Positions 53,572 through 62,481 of a stretch of 64,000 nt of DNA are shown one piece after another. Numbering within the stretch: the stretch's first letter is position 1; every line of letters begins with the position of its first letter. The position numbers were made by a program, and so were the translations under genes. Below the pieces are notes generated by a model. It was not told the DNA's origin and ran no database searches. It worked only from the letters and a program-made list of their open reading frames with translations. Origin of the DNA: Planctomycetota bacterium (GTDB lineage: Bacteria > Planctomycetota > B15-G4 > SIAN01); the NCBI GenBank assembly GCA_031409275.1, contig JANNXA010000022.1, forward strand, positions 192,001 to 256,000, written 5' to 3'.

Positions 53572-54911
53572 CGCGTCACTCCGGAGCGGCCGAGCAACCG
53601 CGCAGCAAGCGCGGCCACCTGCGGATCACGATCGTCGAGCACGGTCGCCAGCTCTTCACGGCACGCCAGCGTCCCAAGACGCGCCAGCGCCTCGCATGCC
53701 GCGAGACGCAACTCGAGTTTCCGATGGCGCAAGACCGCCCCGATCGGCGCGGCGAACACGTCGGCGTGGATCTTCTTTCGCGCCAGCGACCCGAGCGCCT
53801 GCAGGACCTCCGCGACGTTGTCGCTGTCGAGCGCCCCGACCCACTCCGATCCTGGCCCCGCGAGCCACGAGACCTCCGCGTTGACCCAATCGAGCCACTC
53901 CTTGGTGGAATTGCCCAGCGCCACGCCGCTCATCTCGAGCAGCGACCGGTGCGCGACCTTCCGGACCCGTTCGTCGGTGTCTCCGAGTCGCACGATGAGC
54001 GCGCGCGCCGAGAGGACGTCAGCGAACCGACGCAGTGAGTAGCTGCTGGCCCGGTGCACGGCTGCGGTTTCCGAAGCGGAGAGCTTGCGAAGAACCTCGG
54101 CCATGGCGAAGCCGTCGCGTGCGCGCTGCGGCGGGTGGCGCTCGAGGTCCTCGAGCAGCACGCGGTCGAGTTCCGGCTGGCGACCGAGCAGCCGCGCGCT
54201 GAGCGCGCTCGCCAGATCGCGATCAGCGGCGCGGATCGCCTCGATGGTGCAGGTCGCGAAAGCTGGCGGAAGCGCCAGAAGGAAGCGTTCGAGGTCACCG
54301 CGGGCGGTGCGGTCGCCGGCGAGGATGGCGGCCAGCGCGTTTCGAAGCGTGCCCGCGACGACGGGATGGCCGTGGAAACGAGGATCGAGCCCCGCCATGG
54401 CCGACTGCAGGAGCGCGAGGGACGCGGCGCGACCCAGTTCGCCGCTCACGCGCATGATCGCGAGCGTGTCACGAAGCTCCGGTGCCAGCGCGATCGCGCC
54501 GCGCAGGAATTCGTCGACCGCTGACTCCGGGAACGAGCGCAACGCGTGCAGGAGCAACTGATGGTCTGGTGGTGGCTCGGAGGGTCCGCCGGTCGTGGAG
54601 TCGATTCCTTCCGCGACCGAGTCGCCCTCGATCGACAGACCGGCGAGTCGCGCAAAGCACGCCGGGATCGCCGGCTCGCCGAGCTCCAGCAGGCGCGCGA
54701 GCTGATCGCTTTGCGAGGCGTGGAGTTCGTTGCGAAGGATCGTGGTCACCGCGGTCGCGGCCGCAGCTCCGTCCGCGGGATTGGCCACGGCGCGCCGCAG
54801 CTCGAGTTCCTGCGAGCGCAGCGCCGGCGTCAGGTTCGGCAGCACGAATGCCACGAACAGCAGTGGCGTGCTGCGCCGTTGCCATCCCTGCGTCATGTTC
54901 CGAGTCCTCAC
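53568..54911 (-). CDS. Exported HEAT-repeat protein
   Basis: LGEPAIP, LGDTDERVRKVAHRSL..MSG, LRLAACEALARLG, LDDRDPQV; GTGA coupling (alternative ATG at 54896). Confidence 0.75.
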   Translation of the reverse strand: MRTRNMTQGWQRRSTPLLFVAFVLPNLTPALRSQELELRRAVANPADGAAAATAVTTILRNELHASQSDQLARLLELGEPAIPACFARLAGLSIEGDSVAEGIDSTTGGPSEPPPDHQLLLHALRSFPESAVDEFLRGAIALAPELRDTLAIMRVSGELGRAASLALLQSAMAGLDPRFHGHPVVAGTLRNALAAILAGDRTARGDLERFLLALPPAFATCTIEAIRAADRDLASALSARLLGRQPELDRVLLEDLERHPPQRARDGFAMAEVLRKLSASETAAVHRASSYSLRRFADVLSARALIVRLGDTDERVRKVAHRSLLEMSGVALGNSTKEWLDWVNAEVSWLAGPGSEWVGALDSDNVAEVLQALGSLARKKIHADVFAAPIGAVLRHRKLELRLAACEALARLGTLACREELATVLDDRDPQVAALAARLLGRSGVTR

Positions 54912-56305
54912 CGGTTCACCGACGCCGGACGCCAGGCGAGGAAGCTGAGCGTGTCCGAAGCGGTGCTCGGCAGGCCGGGCAGCGACACCGCGTCACGCGC
55001 GACTCGATCGTCGAAGTTGACGGTCAGGCGCGAGTGCTGGCCCCCGAAGTCGCGGTTGATCGACACGTGGTTGCCGGCGCTCATGATTCCGTTCAGTTCG
55101 ACGGTGGCGGAACCGGTGGCGTCGAGGTTGTTGTCGAGGAAGTCGTGCTCCGCGTACATGTAGGCGCTCATCGACTTCAACGTGCCGAACGCGGGGTCAC
55201 CGAAGTAGATGTTGCCGCTGTCGGAGACGCTCGGATCGGCCATCGCGATCAGCGCGAGCGCATCCTTGTTCTCGTCGCCATAGAAGAGGTTGTCCGAGAT
55301 GTAGATGTTGCCGCGCACGACGATGGTGATGGCGAGCGCCGCGGCCGCTTGCAGCTGGAACGAATAGGTGATGCGGTTGTGGATCCAGAGGTTGCCGTCG
55401 ATGTAGTAGACCTTGTTGTTTCCATCGGCGCCGGCGGCGCCGCCGAGCGTGATGACGTAGGGATCGGAGCCGTCCTGTTTGGAGTCGGAGTTCACCGGCT
55501 CGTACGGATCCTCGAGGAAGTAGTCGTCTTTGGCCGTCGATGACGTCTCCGAGCTCCGGTCGGTCGGGTTCTTCCGGAAGATGTGCGCCGCATTGTCCTC
55601 GGGCACCTGGTCGGCCTTGCCACCAGCGGCGTTGGAGGCGAACGTCGAGTGGCTGGCGAATTCGCTCGCCACCATGACGTCCGCGGTCGTGTCGTAGTTC
55701 ATCGCAGCGAGGTCGGGGTTCTGCTGCGTCACGCCAGACTCGCCCGGTGCGCCCGTGATCGTGCCGGTGGCGCGCGGCATTCCGGTGATGCCGGAGTCGC
55801 CCACGAACTCGACGTCGCCGCCGCTGTAGATGTCGCCATGGACGTGGTCGGCCTGACCGCCGCTGCCCCCGAAGTGCATCGTGTAGTTCGGGTCGCCCGA
55901 GCTGTTGCCAGCGAAGACTGCGTTGTCGAACACATCGGCGCCGGCGCGGAAGACGGCTTCGATGGCCCGCGTCGAGCCGTGGTACGTCCCGTAGCAGAAC
56001 ACGCTCACCGTGTTGCCGGGCTGCGGGATCGCCTCGGTCCAGTAGCTGCCGTTGCCATAGACGACCGGGTTGTTGGCGTCGCCGAGGTTGCCGTCGCCGT
56101 CCCCCGTGAGATCGATCTCGGCGAAGCGCGCGGCGGCCTCGGCCAGATAGAAGCGCTGCAGGCTGTCCTGCGACTCGTTCTGCTCGACATTCGCCGAATG
56201 GACCACCGAGATGAGCGACGCGCCGAGTCCGGCGAGGACGATGGCGGCGAAGATCGCCGCAAGCAGCGCGCTGCCTCGGGCGGCACGACGGGCGGAATGA
56301 CTCAT
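54908..56305 (-). CDS. PilX-like minor pilin / surface protein with large beta-rich C-terminal region
   Basis: RG|SALLAAIFAAIVL (no E5); QRFYLAEAA PilX_N motif; YYIDGNLWI, IVVRGNIYISDNL.Y beta-strand repeats. Confidence 0.75.
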   Translation of the reverse strand: MSHSARRAARGSALLAAIFAAIVLAGLGASLISVVHSANVEQNESQDSLQRFYLAEAAARFAEIDLTGDGDGNLGDANNPVVYGNGSYWTEAIPQPGNTVSVFCYGTYHGSTRAIEAVFRAGADVFDNAVFAGNSSGDPNYTMHFGGSGGQADHVHGDIYSGGDVEFVGDSGITGMPRATGTITGAPGESGVTQQNPDLAAMNYDTTADVMVASEFASHSTFASNAAGGKADQVPEDNAAHIFRKNPTDRSSETSSTAKDDYFLEDPYEPVNSDSKQDGSDPYVITLGGAAGADGNNKVYYIDGNLWIHNRITYSFQLQAAAALAITIVVRGNIYISDNLFYGDENKDALALIAMADPSVSDSGNIYFGDPAFGTLKSMSAYMYAEHDFLDNNLDATGSATVELNGIMSAGNHVSINRDFGGQHSRLTVNFDDRVARDAVSLPGLPSTASDTLSFLAWRPASVNR

Positions 56306-56331
56306 GGTCCAGCTCTCCAGCGGACGCAACG

Positions 56332-56976
56332 TCAATTGCGCGGCCATACGGTGGCCTCGACGGTTCGGCGGAACGTCGCGTTCCTCTGCGTGTGCTCGAG
56401 CGTGAGGCGAATGATCACGGAGCCCGCCGCCGTGCGCTCGAACACGAGACCGGCTTCGTCGTCGAGGCCGTTTCCGTTGTCGTCCGCGTTGTTCACCACC
56501 TCGCCTTCGAGGAAGCGCGCGACGCCGGTGGCCAGCACGGTCGACTGCTCGCTCACCAACCCGATATCGCGCCGCAGGACGAGGATCCCCTCGTCGACCC
56601 GGCCATCACCGTTGTTGTCGATGCCATCGTCAGGATCGGCGGGGTCGGCCTGCCGTTCGAGTCGCGCGGCGTTGCCCCAACCGATCCCGGCGGAAGTCAC
56701 GGTCGCCGGGACCTGGAAGTCGAGGAAGCTGCTCCCGAGCGGCGCGGCCGCCGGCGAAAGCGTCGCCGCGCCCGCGGGCAACAACGTCTCGGCGATCCGA
56801 TTGAGCGACTCGTTGGCGCGACGGTCGATGACGGCGCGCGCCATCGTGCGCTGGCCGTCCGCCATGCCCGATTGCACGAAGCTGAAGACGCCGCCGAGGA
56901 AGACCGAGATCACCGCGACGTTGACCAGCAGCTCGTGCAGCGTGAAACCGGAGCGCGATCGATTCTTCGGATTCAT
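56332..56976 (-). CDS. Prepilin-type N-terminal cleavage/methylation protein (PilW-like) with acidic DxxDNNGDG motifs
   Basis: SG|FTLHELLVNVAVI with E5; DDGIDNNGDGRVDEG and NNADDNGNGLDDE; ends V.PRN. Confidence 0.82.
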   Translation of the reverse strand: MNPKNRSRSGFTLHELLVNVAVISVFLGGVFSFVQSGMADGQRTMARAVIDRRANESLNRIAETLLPAGAATLSPAAAPLGSSFLDFQVPATVTSAGIGWGNAARLERQADPADPDDGIDNNGDGRVDEGILVLRRDIGLVSEQSTVLATGVARFLEGEVVNNADDNGNGLDDEAGLVFERTAAGSVIIRLTLEHTQRNATFRRTVEATVWPRN

Positions 56977-57587
56977 GGGCGGCCCCCGCCGACGACGGTG
57001 GCGAAACGCAGCGTCCGGGTCCCGCCATCGGGGGCCAACCAGTCGACGCGGATGGTGATCGGCAGGATGCGATAGTCGCCCGAGCGATCGACCGCGTCGA
57101 TCACGCCATCACCGTTCAAGTCAGCGCGATCGCCGAGTTCAGCGAACAGCAGATCCTCGCGCAGGACTTCGTTGCCGCCGATGGTCGCGAGGGGCAGGTC
57201 GATGCGGCAGGTCATCTTCGGCGGGATCGCCTGCGGATCGCCCTTGGCGCGCTCCTCGCCGGTGGGCATCTCGAAGACGTCGCCGCGCGCCGTCCCGCTG
57301 CCCCGCGGGTCATCGTTCGGATCGCGGTTGTAGGCGGCGACGACCTGCGCGATCGGCTGCGCGAGCATCTCCTCGACGACACGGCGCGCGATCTCGTTGG
57401 CAGCGGCGACCGTCCGGGTCTCTCGTTCGAGCGCGCTCGACGACACGGTCGCGGAAAGGAAGCCGAGGCTCGAGATCGAGACGACGACGATCGCGACGAG
57501 GCTGTCGACGAGGCCGATCCCGCGACGATTCGCCGCGCGTCCCGAACATGCGCGATCGGTGCGGTTGCTTCTCGAACTCGTAACCAT
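56973..57587 (-). CDS. Prepilin-like protein (PilV-like)
   Basis: RRG|IGLVDSLVAIVVV; A...AR...EEM; DLNGDGVID; LP.TIRV.W. Confidence 0.72.
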   Translation of the reverse strand: MVTSSRSNRTDRACSGRAANRRGIGLVDSLVAIVVVSISSLGFLSATVSSSALERETRTVAAANEIARRVVEEMLAQPIAQVVAAYNRDPNDDPRGSGTARGDVFEMPTGEERAKGDPQAIPPKMTCRIDLPLATIGGNEVLREDLLFAELGDRADLNGDGVIDAVDRSGDYRILPITIRVDWLAPDGGTRTLRFATVVGGGRP

Positions 57588-57818
57588 GACGATCCCCTGC
57601 GAACGGCCGCGCGAGTGCGCGGGCAACGGCGGGCGCGCTCGACGTGGTTCGACGCAACGGTCCCCCTGGCTGAATCCACTAGGAAGACGATTCCGGATCG
57701 GCGCGTTCCGCGCGCAGCGGGCGTGGCGCGGGCCGTGCCACCCCACTCCGCGCAGGTGCAACTCGACTCTGGATGGCCCGGATACCATCGCGTGCCTCCC
57801 CTTTTGCGGAGTCCGTGC

Positions 57819-59705
57819 ATGCATCGTCTCGACCGCTCGCTTCCGTTGCGCGCCAGCTGCCGCGGCATCGCGTTTTCGACGCTCTTCTGGTCCACCGCGA
57901 CGGTCGCGATGGCGCAATCGCCCGAGAAGGCGGAGCCCCGCTTCGTCGACGGCGAGGCGCAGGTGGTGGACGCCTTTCGGGACCCGAAACAGTGGGTCCG
58001 CGACGAGCTGTGGGTCGAAGCGGAGTTCGACTCCGACGGCGACGGCCAGCTCGATCGAATGCACGTCGATGTGACGCGGCCGCGCCAGACCGACAGCGAA
58101 GGGTTGACCGTCGCGGTGATCTACGAGTCGAGCCCGTACTTCTCAGGCACCGCGGGCGGTGACAAGGCGTTCTTCTGGGACCCTCATCAGGAACTCGGCG
58201 GCAAGCCCAAGCCGCGTCCCCATCCGCCCGAGATCCCGTTCCAGAAGAACTCGCCGAGGATCTCCGAATCGCTGGTCGGCGAGTGGGTGCCGCGCGGCTT
58301 CGCGGTCGTCCACTCGGAGGCTCCCGGTACGGGTCAATCGCAAGGCGCGCCGACCGTGGGCGGTCCGGTGGAAGCGTTGGCGCCGAAGGCGGTGATCGAC
58401 TGGCTCAACGGCCGCGCCAAGGGCTACACCGCCCCGCGCGGCGGCAAGGAGCTGAAGGCCTACTGGTCGACCGGTCGCGTCGGGATGACCGGGACGTCGT
58501 ACAACGGGACCATTCCGATCGCCGCCGCCACTACCGGCGTCGAAGGGCTGGTGGCCATCATCCCGGTGGCGCCGAACACCTCGTACTACCGCTACTACCG
58601 CTCGAACGGACTCGTGCGCCACCCTGGCGGCTGGATGGGCGAGGACATGGACGTCCTCTACGACTTCATCCACAGCGGCGATCCGAAGCGTCGCGCCGAC
58701 AACAACCGTGACGTGCGCGACAAGGTGCTGCTCGCTCAGCAGGATCGCGTCACCGGCGACTACAACGACTTCTGGGCCGGTCGCGACCTCTGGCGCCATC
58801 TCGACAAGATCCAGGCAGCGTGTCTGTTGGCCCACGGACTGAACGACTGGAACGTGATGCCCGAGCACAGCGTGCATGTCTACGAGTCGCTGAAGGCGCG
58901 CGGCGTCCCTGCCCAGCTCTACTTGCACCAGGGGGGACATGGCGGCGATCCGCCACTGCGCCAGATGAACCGTTGGTTCACGCGCTGGCTCTACGAGGTC
59001 GAGAACGGCGTCGAGGACGATGCTCGCTCGTGGGTCGTTCGCGAGGGAAGCCGCAACGGCGAGCCGACTCCCTACGCCGACTACCCCAATCCGGCCTTCG
59101 CGATGGTGACGCTCCACCCCGGCGCCGGCGGCGAGAAGATCGGTGCGCTCACGGTCACCGCGTCGGCGCCGCCTGCTGGGCGGGCGCTCGTCGAGCGGTT
59201 CATCGATGACGTTTCCGTTGCGGGCGGCGACCTCGCGAAAGCGTCGGCGTCGCCCCATCGACTGCTCTACGCGCTGCCGGCGCTGAAGGAGCCACTCCAC
59301 CTCTCCGGCACGCCGCGCCTCACGGTGCGACTGGCCAGCAGCAAGCCGGCCACCAACTTGTCGGTGTGGCTCGTCTCGCTGCCATGGACGGCGGGCGGCA
59401 ACCTGAACGCCAACCTGATCAACCGCGGCTGGGCCGACCCCCAGAACCACGCTTCGATCACCCACGGTGAGCCGCTGGTGCCAGGCACCTTCTACGACGT
59501 CACGTTCGAGCTGCAGCCCGACGACCAGATCGTGCCCGCCGGCGAGCAGATCGCGCTGATGCTCTTCGCGAGCGACCAGGAGTTCACGCTCTGGCCGACC
59601 GCCGGAACGGAAGTGTCGATCGAGCTGGCCGGCACCACGCTCGAGCTGCCGATCGTCGGCGGCGAGGCAGCGCTGGCGACCGCGATCGGCGCGAGCGGTT
59701 CCTGA
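57819..59705 (+). CDS. pepX: Xaa-Pro dipeptidyl-peptidase (S15 family)
   Basis: WVE...DSDGDG..D, SPY, GTG.SQG.PT.G, KAVIDWLNGR, GTSYNGT nucleophile, HGLNDWNV, HQGGH. Confidence 0.9.
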   Translation: MHRLDRSLPLRASCRGIAFSTLFWSTATVAMAQSPEKAEPRFVDGEAQVVDAFRDPKQWVRDELWVEAEFDSDGDGQLDRMHVDVTRPRQTDSEGLTVAVIYESSPYFSGTAGGDKAFFWDPHQELGGKPKPRPHPPEIPFQKNSPRISESLVGEWVPRGFAVVHSEAPGTGQSQGAPTVGGPVEALAPKAVIDWLNGRAKGYTAPRGGKELKAYWSTGRVGMTGTSYNGTIPIAAATTGVEGLVAIIPVAPNTSYYRYYRSNGLVRHPGGWMGEDMDVLYDFIHSGDPKRRADNNRDVRDKVLLAQQDRVTGDYNDFWAGRDLWRHLDKIQAACLLAHGLNDWNVMPEHSVHVYESLKARGVPAQLYLHQGGHGGDPPLRQMNRWFTRWLYEVENGVEDDARSWVVREGSRNGEPTPYADYPNPAFAMVTLHPGAGGEKIGALTVTASAPPAGRALVERFIDDVSVAGGDLAKASASPHRLLYALPALKEPLHLSGTPRLTVRLASSKPATNLSVWLVSLPWTAGGNLNANLINRGWADPQNHASITHGEPLVPGTFYDVTFELQPDDQIVPAGEQIALMLFASDQEFTLWPTAGTEVSIELAGTTLELPIVGGEAALATAIGASGS

Positions 59706-59747
59706 CCGCGACCTCGTCCTCGCCTCGTTCGGCGCCGCGCCCTCCCG

Positions 59748-60692
59748 CTACTGCTTGGGTGCGGCGCCGAGCGGAATGACGATCTCGGCGCGCCGCGATC
59801 CGACGCGAGCGACGAGGCGCAGCTCTTTGCCCTTCTCGAACTTCACCTCGTCGAGGAGGAAGTGGTCAGACTTCTCCTGGACTTCAGTCCAGGTGACGCT
59901 GCCCTTCTTGTCCCACATCGCGACGTGAGCGGCGAGCGGCGAGAAGGCGTCGGCGCTCGGCGTGTCATGGGCAACGTAGAGCGCCTCGGATTCGCCGAGC
60001 AGAACATTGAAGACCTTCGGTGCGTCCTTCGGCGCCGAAGCGAGCGTCACGGTCGCGACCGGCGACTTCGTGGTGCCGGAGAGGCGCTTCGCGAGCCACT
60101 CCGCCGGCAGCTTGAATCCGTCGACTGTCGCGCCGCCGGCCTTCTTGGTGAGCGATCCGACGACGGTGAACGGCACCGCCACGCGCGGTGCGCCGAAGGT
60201 GACGGTGAAGAGCAGCGGGCGCAGCTCCTTGTCCGTGGCTTCCCCATCGGGTGCGAGCGTCGTCTCGAGCTTGCTCGACGGTTGCTTCGCGTCGCTCAAC
60301 GTGCTCGGGAGGTTCGTGTTGGCGGAGATCGAGACGAGGCGACCCGCCCCTTCGACCAGGAGCTCGAACTTCTGCTCCTGCGGGCGCATCAGCTGGATTC
60401 GATAGCCGCCCGGCGGAATCACGAGATCCCCGACCAGCAGCGGGGCCCCGGTGATCAACGAGCTGGCCGGTCCGGCGCCGAGGCGCCACGGCTGGCCGAT
60501 CTCGAGGTCCTTCAGCGTGTACTTGCCGACGCGCGGGACGCCGCAGTCGAGACGCACTTCCTGGCCTTGCCAGCTGAACTTCGTCTCGGCGCGCTGGCCG
60601 GACGCGAGCGGCACGAGCGTGGCGACGGCCCATGCCGCGAGCACCGTGCGCGCACCAGCGGACAGGAGTCGTCGGCAATCGGCGAGCTTCAA
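59748..60692 (-). CDS. Secreted DUF2911-like protein
   Basis: Signal peptide; G.PWRLGAG..S......L..G...IPPG.Y motif; TTG start uncertain. Confidence 0.65.
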   Translation of the reverse strand: MKLADCRRLLSAGARTVLAAWAVATLVPLASGQRAETKFSWQGQEVRLDCGVPRVGKYTLKDLEIGQPWRLGAGPASSLITGAPLLVGDLVIPPGGYRIQLMRPQEQKFELLVEGAGRLVSISANTNLPSTLSDAKQPSSKLETTLAPDGEATDKELRPLLFTVTFGAPRVAVPFTVVGSLTKKAGGATVDGFKLPAEWLAKRLSGTTKSPVATVTLASAPKDAPKVFNVLLGESEALYVAHDTPSADAFSPLAAHVAMWDKKGSVTWTEVQEKSDHFLLDEVKFEKGKELRLVARVGSRRAEIVIPLGAAPKQ

Positions 60693-60830
60693 GAGCGTCT
60701 CCAGCGTTCGAGAAGGGCGGGGACGCTGGCGTACGCCCCAAGCGCGCACCCCAGGCCCGGTCGGAGCGCGTCCTCGAACAGGCGCGTTGTACGACCGGAC
60801 CGAGGTGGCGTTCCGCATCGCGCGTCCGCC

Positions 60831-62174
60831 TCAGTGGCGAAGCGCGATCGCGTTCAGTTGGGTCTGGTAGTGCGAGAGCCCGTTCGCGAAGAGCACGCGC
60901 GCAATTCCATCGGGCCCGGCCGCCACTGGGATCGGGTCGTTCCAGAGCCCGCTCCTGGCCAGAGTCTGCGCCGGGCTCCACCACTTGCCGCCGGCGCCGA
61001 ACAACTTCCCGTAGGTTGCCGCCCGTACGCCGAGCGTGACGTTGTCCTCCCAGGTCACCACGATCACCGAGCCGTCGCCGCTCGCGGCGACCTGCGGCGG
61101 CCCGACATCTTCGATCGCGAAGAAGCGCGTGTCGGAGAGCTGACGCGGCGAAGAGAAGCTGCCCCCAAGTGCCGGACGCGTCGCCACCTTCGTGGCGTGG
61201 GTCGAGAGCGGTGGCGCGAGCAGCGCGCTCCACGCGACGATGAGGTTGCCGGCGTCGTCGGTCGCGAGCGCCGGCGAATCGCTCCACTCCGCTGCGACTG
61301 AGACGAGGGCCGGCGCCGAGAACATGGTCCCACGCCGCGCCTGAGTGGCCGTCATGATCGCGCCGTTCTCGTTCCAAGCGATCGCGCCGCGGCCGAGTTC
61401 ATCGATGACGACCTGCGGATTCCAGACGTTCGTGCCGATCGCCGTCACATGGATCGGGGACGACCAGGAGCCCGCGCCGCTGCGTACCGCTGCGTCGAGC
61501 CGACTCGGGGTGTAGCCCACCGCAGCGGACTGCCAGACCGCGATGGCGACTCCATTCGCGTTCATCGCCAGCTGCGGCAGGAGCGCGTGGTTCGACGCAT
61601 CACTGATGTCTCGTGGCAGCGACCAGCTGCCGCCCAGTGGCCGTTCGACCGCTTGCACGCGCAGGTGCACGCCGTCGGAGTGGAGCCACGTTGCGACCAC
61701 GTTGCCCTGACCGTCGATGGCGACATGCGCCTGGCTCAGCGAAGGGTCGGTCGGCGACAGCGTTTCCGGAGCGCCCCAAACGGCGGCGCCCGGCAGCAAG
61801 GTCGCCGCTTCGATCTCGGTGCGGCCGTAGCGACCCGGAATGATGTCGACCCAGATCGCCACCGCCGTTCCATCGCGACCGACCGCGACGGAGGTGTCGA
61901 GCGCGGTGCTCTTCGGGCCCGACAGTTTGGTCACCGCCGACCAGGGACTGCCGGCACGCTTGATCGCCGCCTGCGGCCCTGCGCTCTGCTGAGACCACGC
62001 CGCGATGGTGCCGCCAAAGCGGTCCATGACGACCGTCGCGTCGAGCTGGATGACGCTGAAGTCGGGCTTTGCGATCGGAACTGGAGCCCCCCAGTTCTGA
62101 GCGGAAGCGGTGCCGCCAAGCGCGACGACCGCCGCGAGCAAGGTCGCGCGACGCAATGACAGCTGCTTCGTCAT
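60831..62174 (-). CDS. Secreted beta-propeller-like repeat protein
   Basis: Signal peptide (ASA|Q); about 7 repeats of P.VA.D..G..(I)A.W...R...G.WS.P..LS; GGAGG RBS. Confidence 0.8.
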   Translation of the reverse strand: MTKQLSLRRATLLAAVVALGGTASAQNWGAPVPIAKPDFSVIQLDATVVMDRFGGTIAAWSQQSAGPQAAIKRAGSPWSAVTKLSGPKSTALDTSVAVGRDGTAVAIWVDIIPGRYGRTEIEAATLLPGAAVWGAPETLSPTDPSLSQAHVAIDGQGNVVATWLHSDGVHLRVQAVERPLGGSWSLPRDISDASNHALLPQLAMNANGVAIAVWQSAAVGYTPSRLDAAVRSGAGSWSSPIHVTAIGTNVWNPQVVIDELGRGAIAWNENGAIMTATQARRGTMFSAPALVSVAAEWSDSPALATDDAGNLIVAWSALLAPPLSTHATKVATRPALGGSFSSPRQLSDTRFFAIEDVGPPQVAASGDGSVIVVTWEDNVTLGVRAATYGKLFGAGGKWWSPAQTLARSGLWNDPIPVAAGPDGIARVLFANGLSHYQTQLNAIALRH

Positions 62175-62242
62175 GGCTTCCTCCCACCCCGTCGCTGCGT
62201 CGGCGGCATGCCGATCGACTCCACGCGGGACGAGGGATGGGC

Positions 62243-62258
62243 TGCAACCGCGATGCCA
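62243..62258 (-). promoter_or_regulatory. Putative sigma54 (-24/-12) promoter
   Basis: Minus strand reads TGGCAT-CGCGG-TTGCA, matching TGGCAC-N5-TTGCW at correct spacing, about 70 nt upstream of ATG 62174. Confidence 0.6.
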
Positions 62259-62481
62259 GAGCAAGCGTTGCACGACGCACTGGCGAGCCGCATCGATGGC
62301 GTCAGCAGACGATGCAATCGCTGCGAGCGCGTCGACCATTTCTGCGCGCGATGGGCATCCCTTCGCATCGCGCGGGCGGCCTCGCCCGCCGCGACGAGGA
62401 AAGGGTGGATCATGAACGAGGGCGGCTAGCCTCCGCTCCGAGCCAGTCGACTCGAATCAGCGCGCGGGAAGGATCTGGAAC

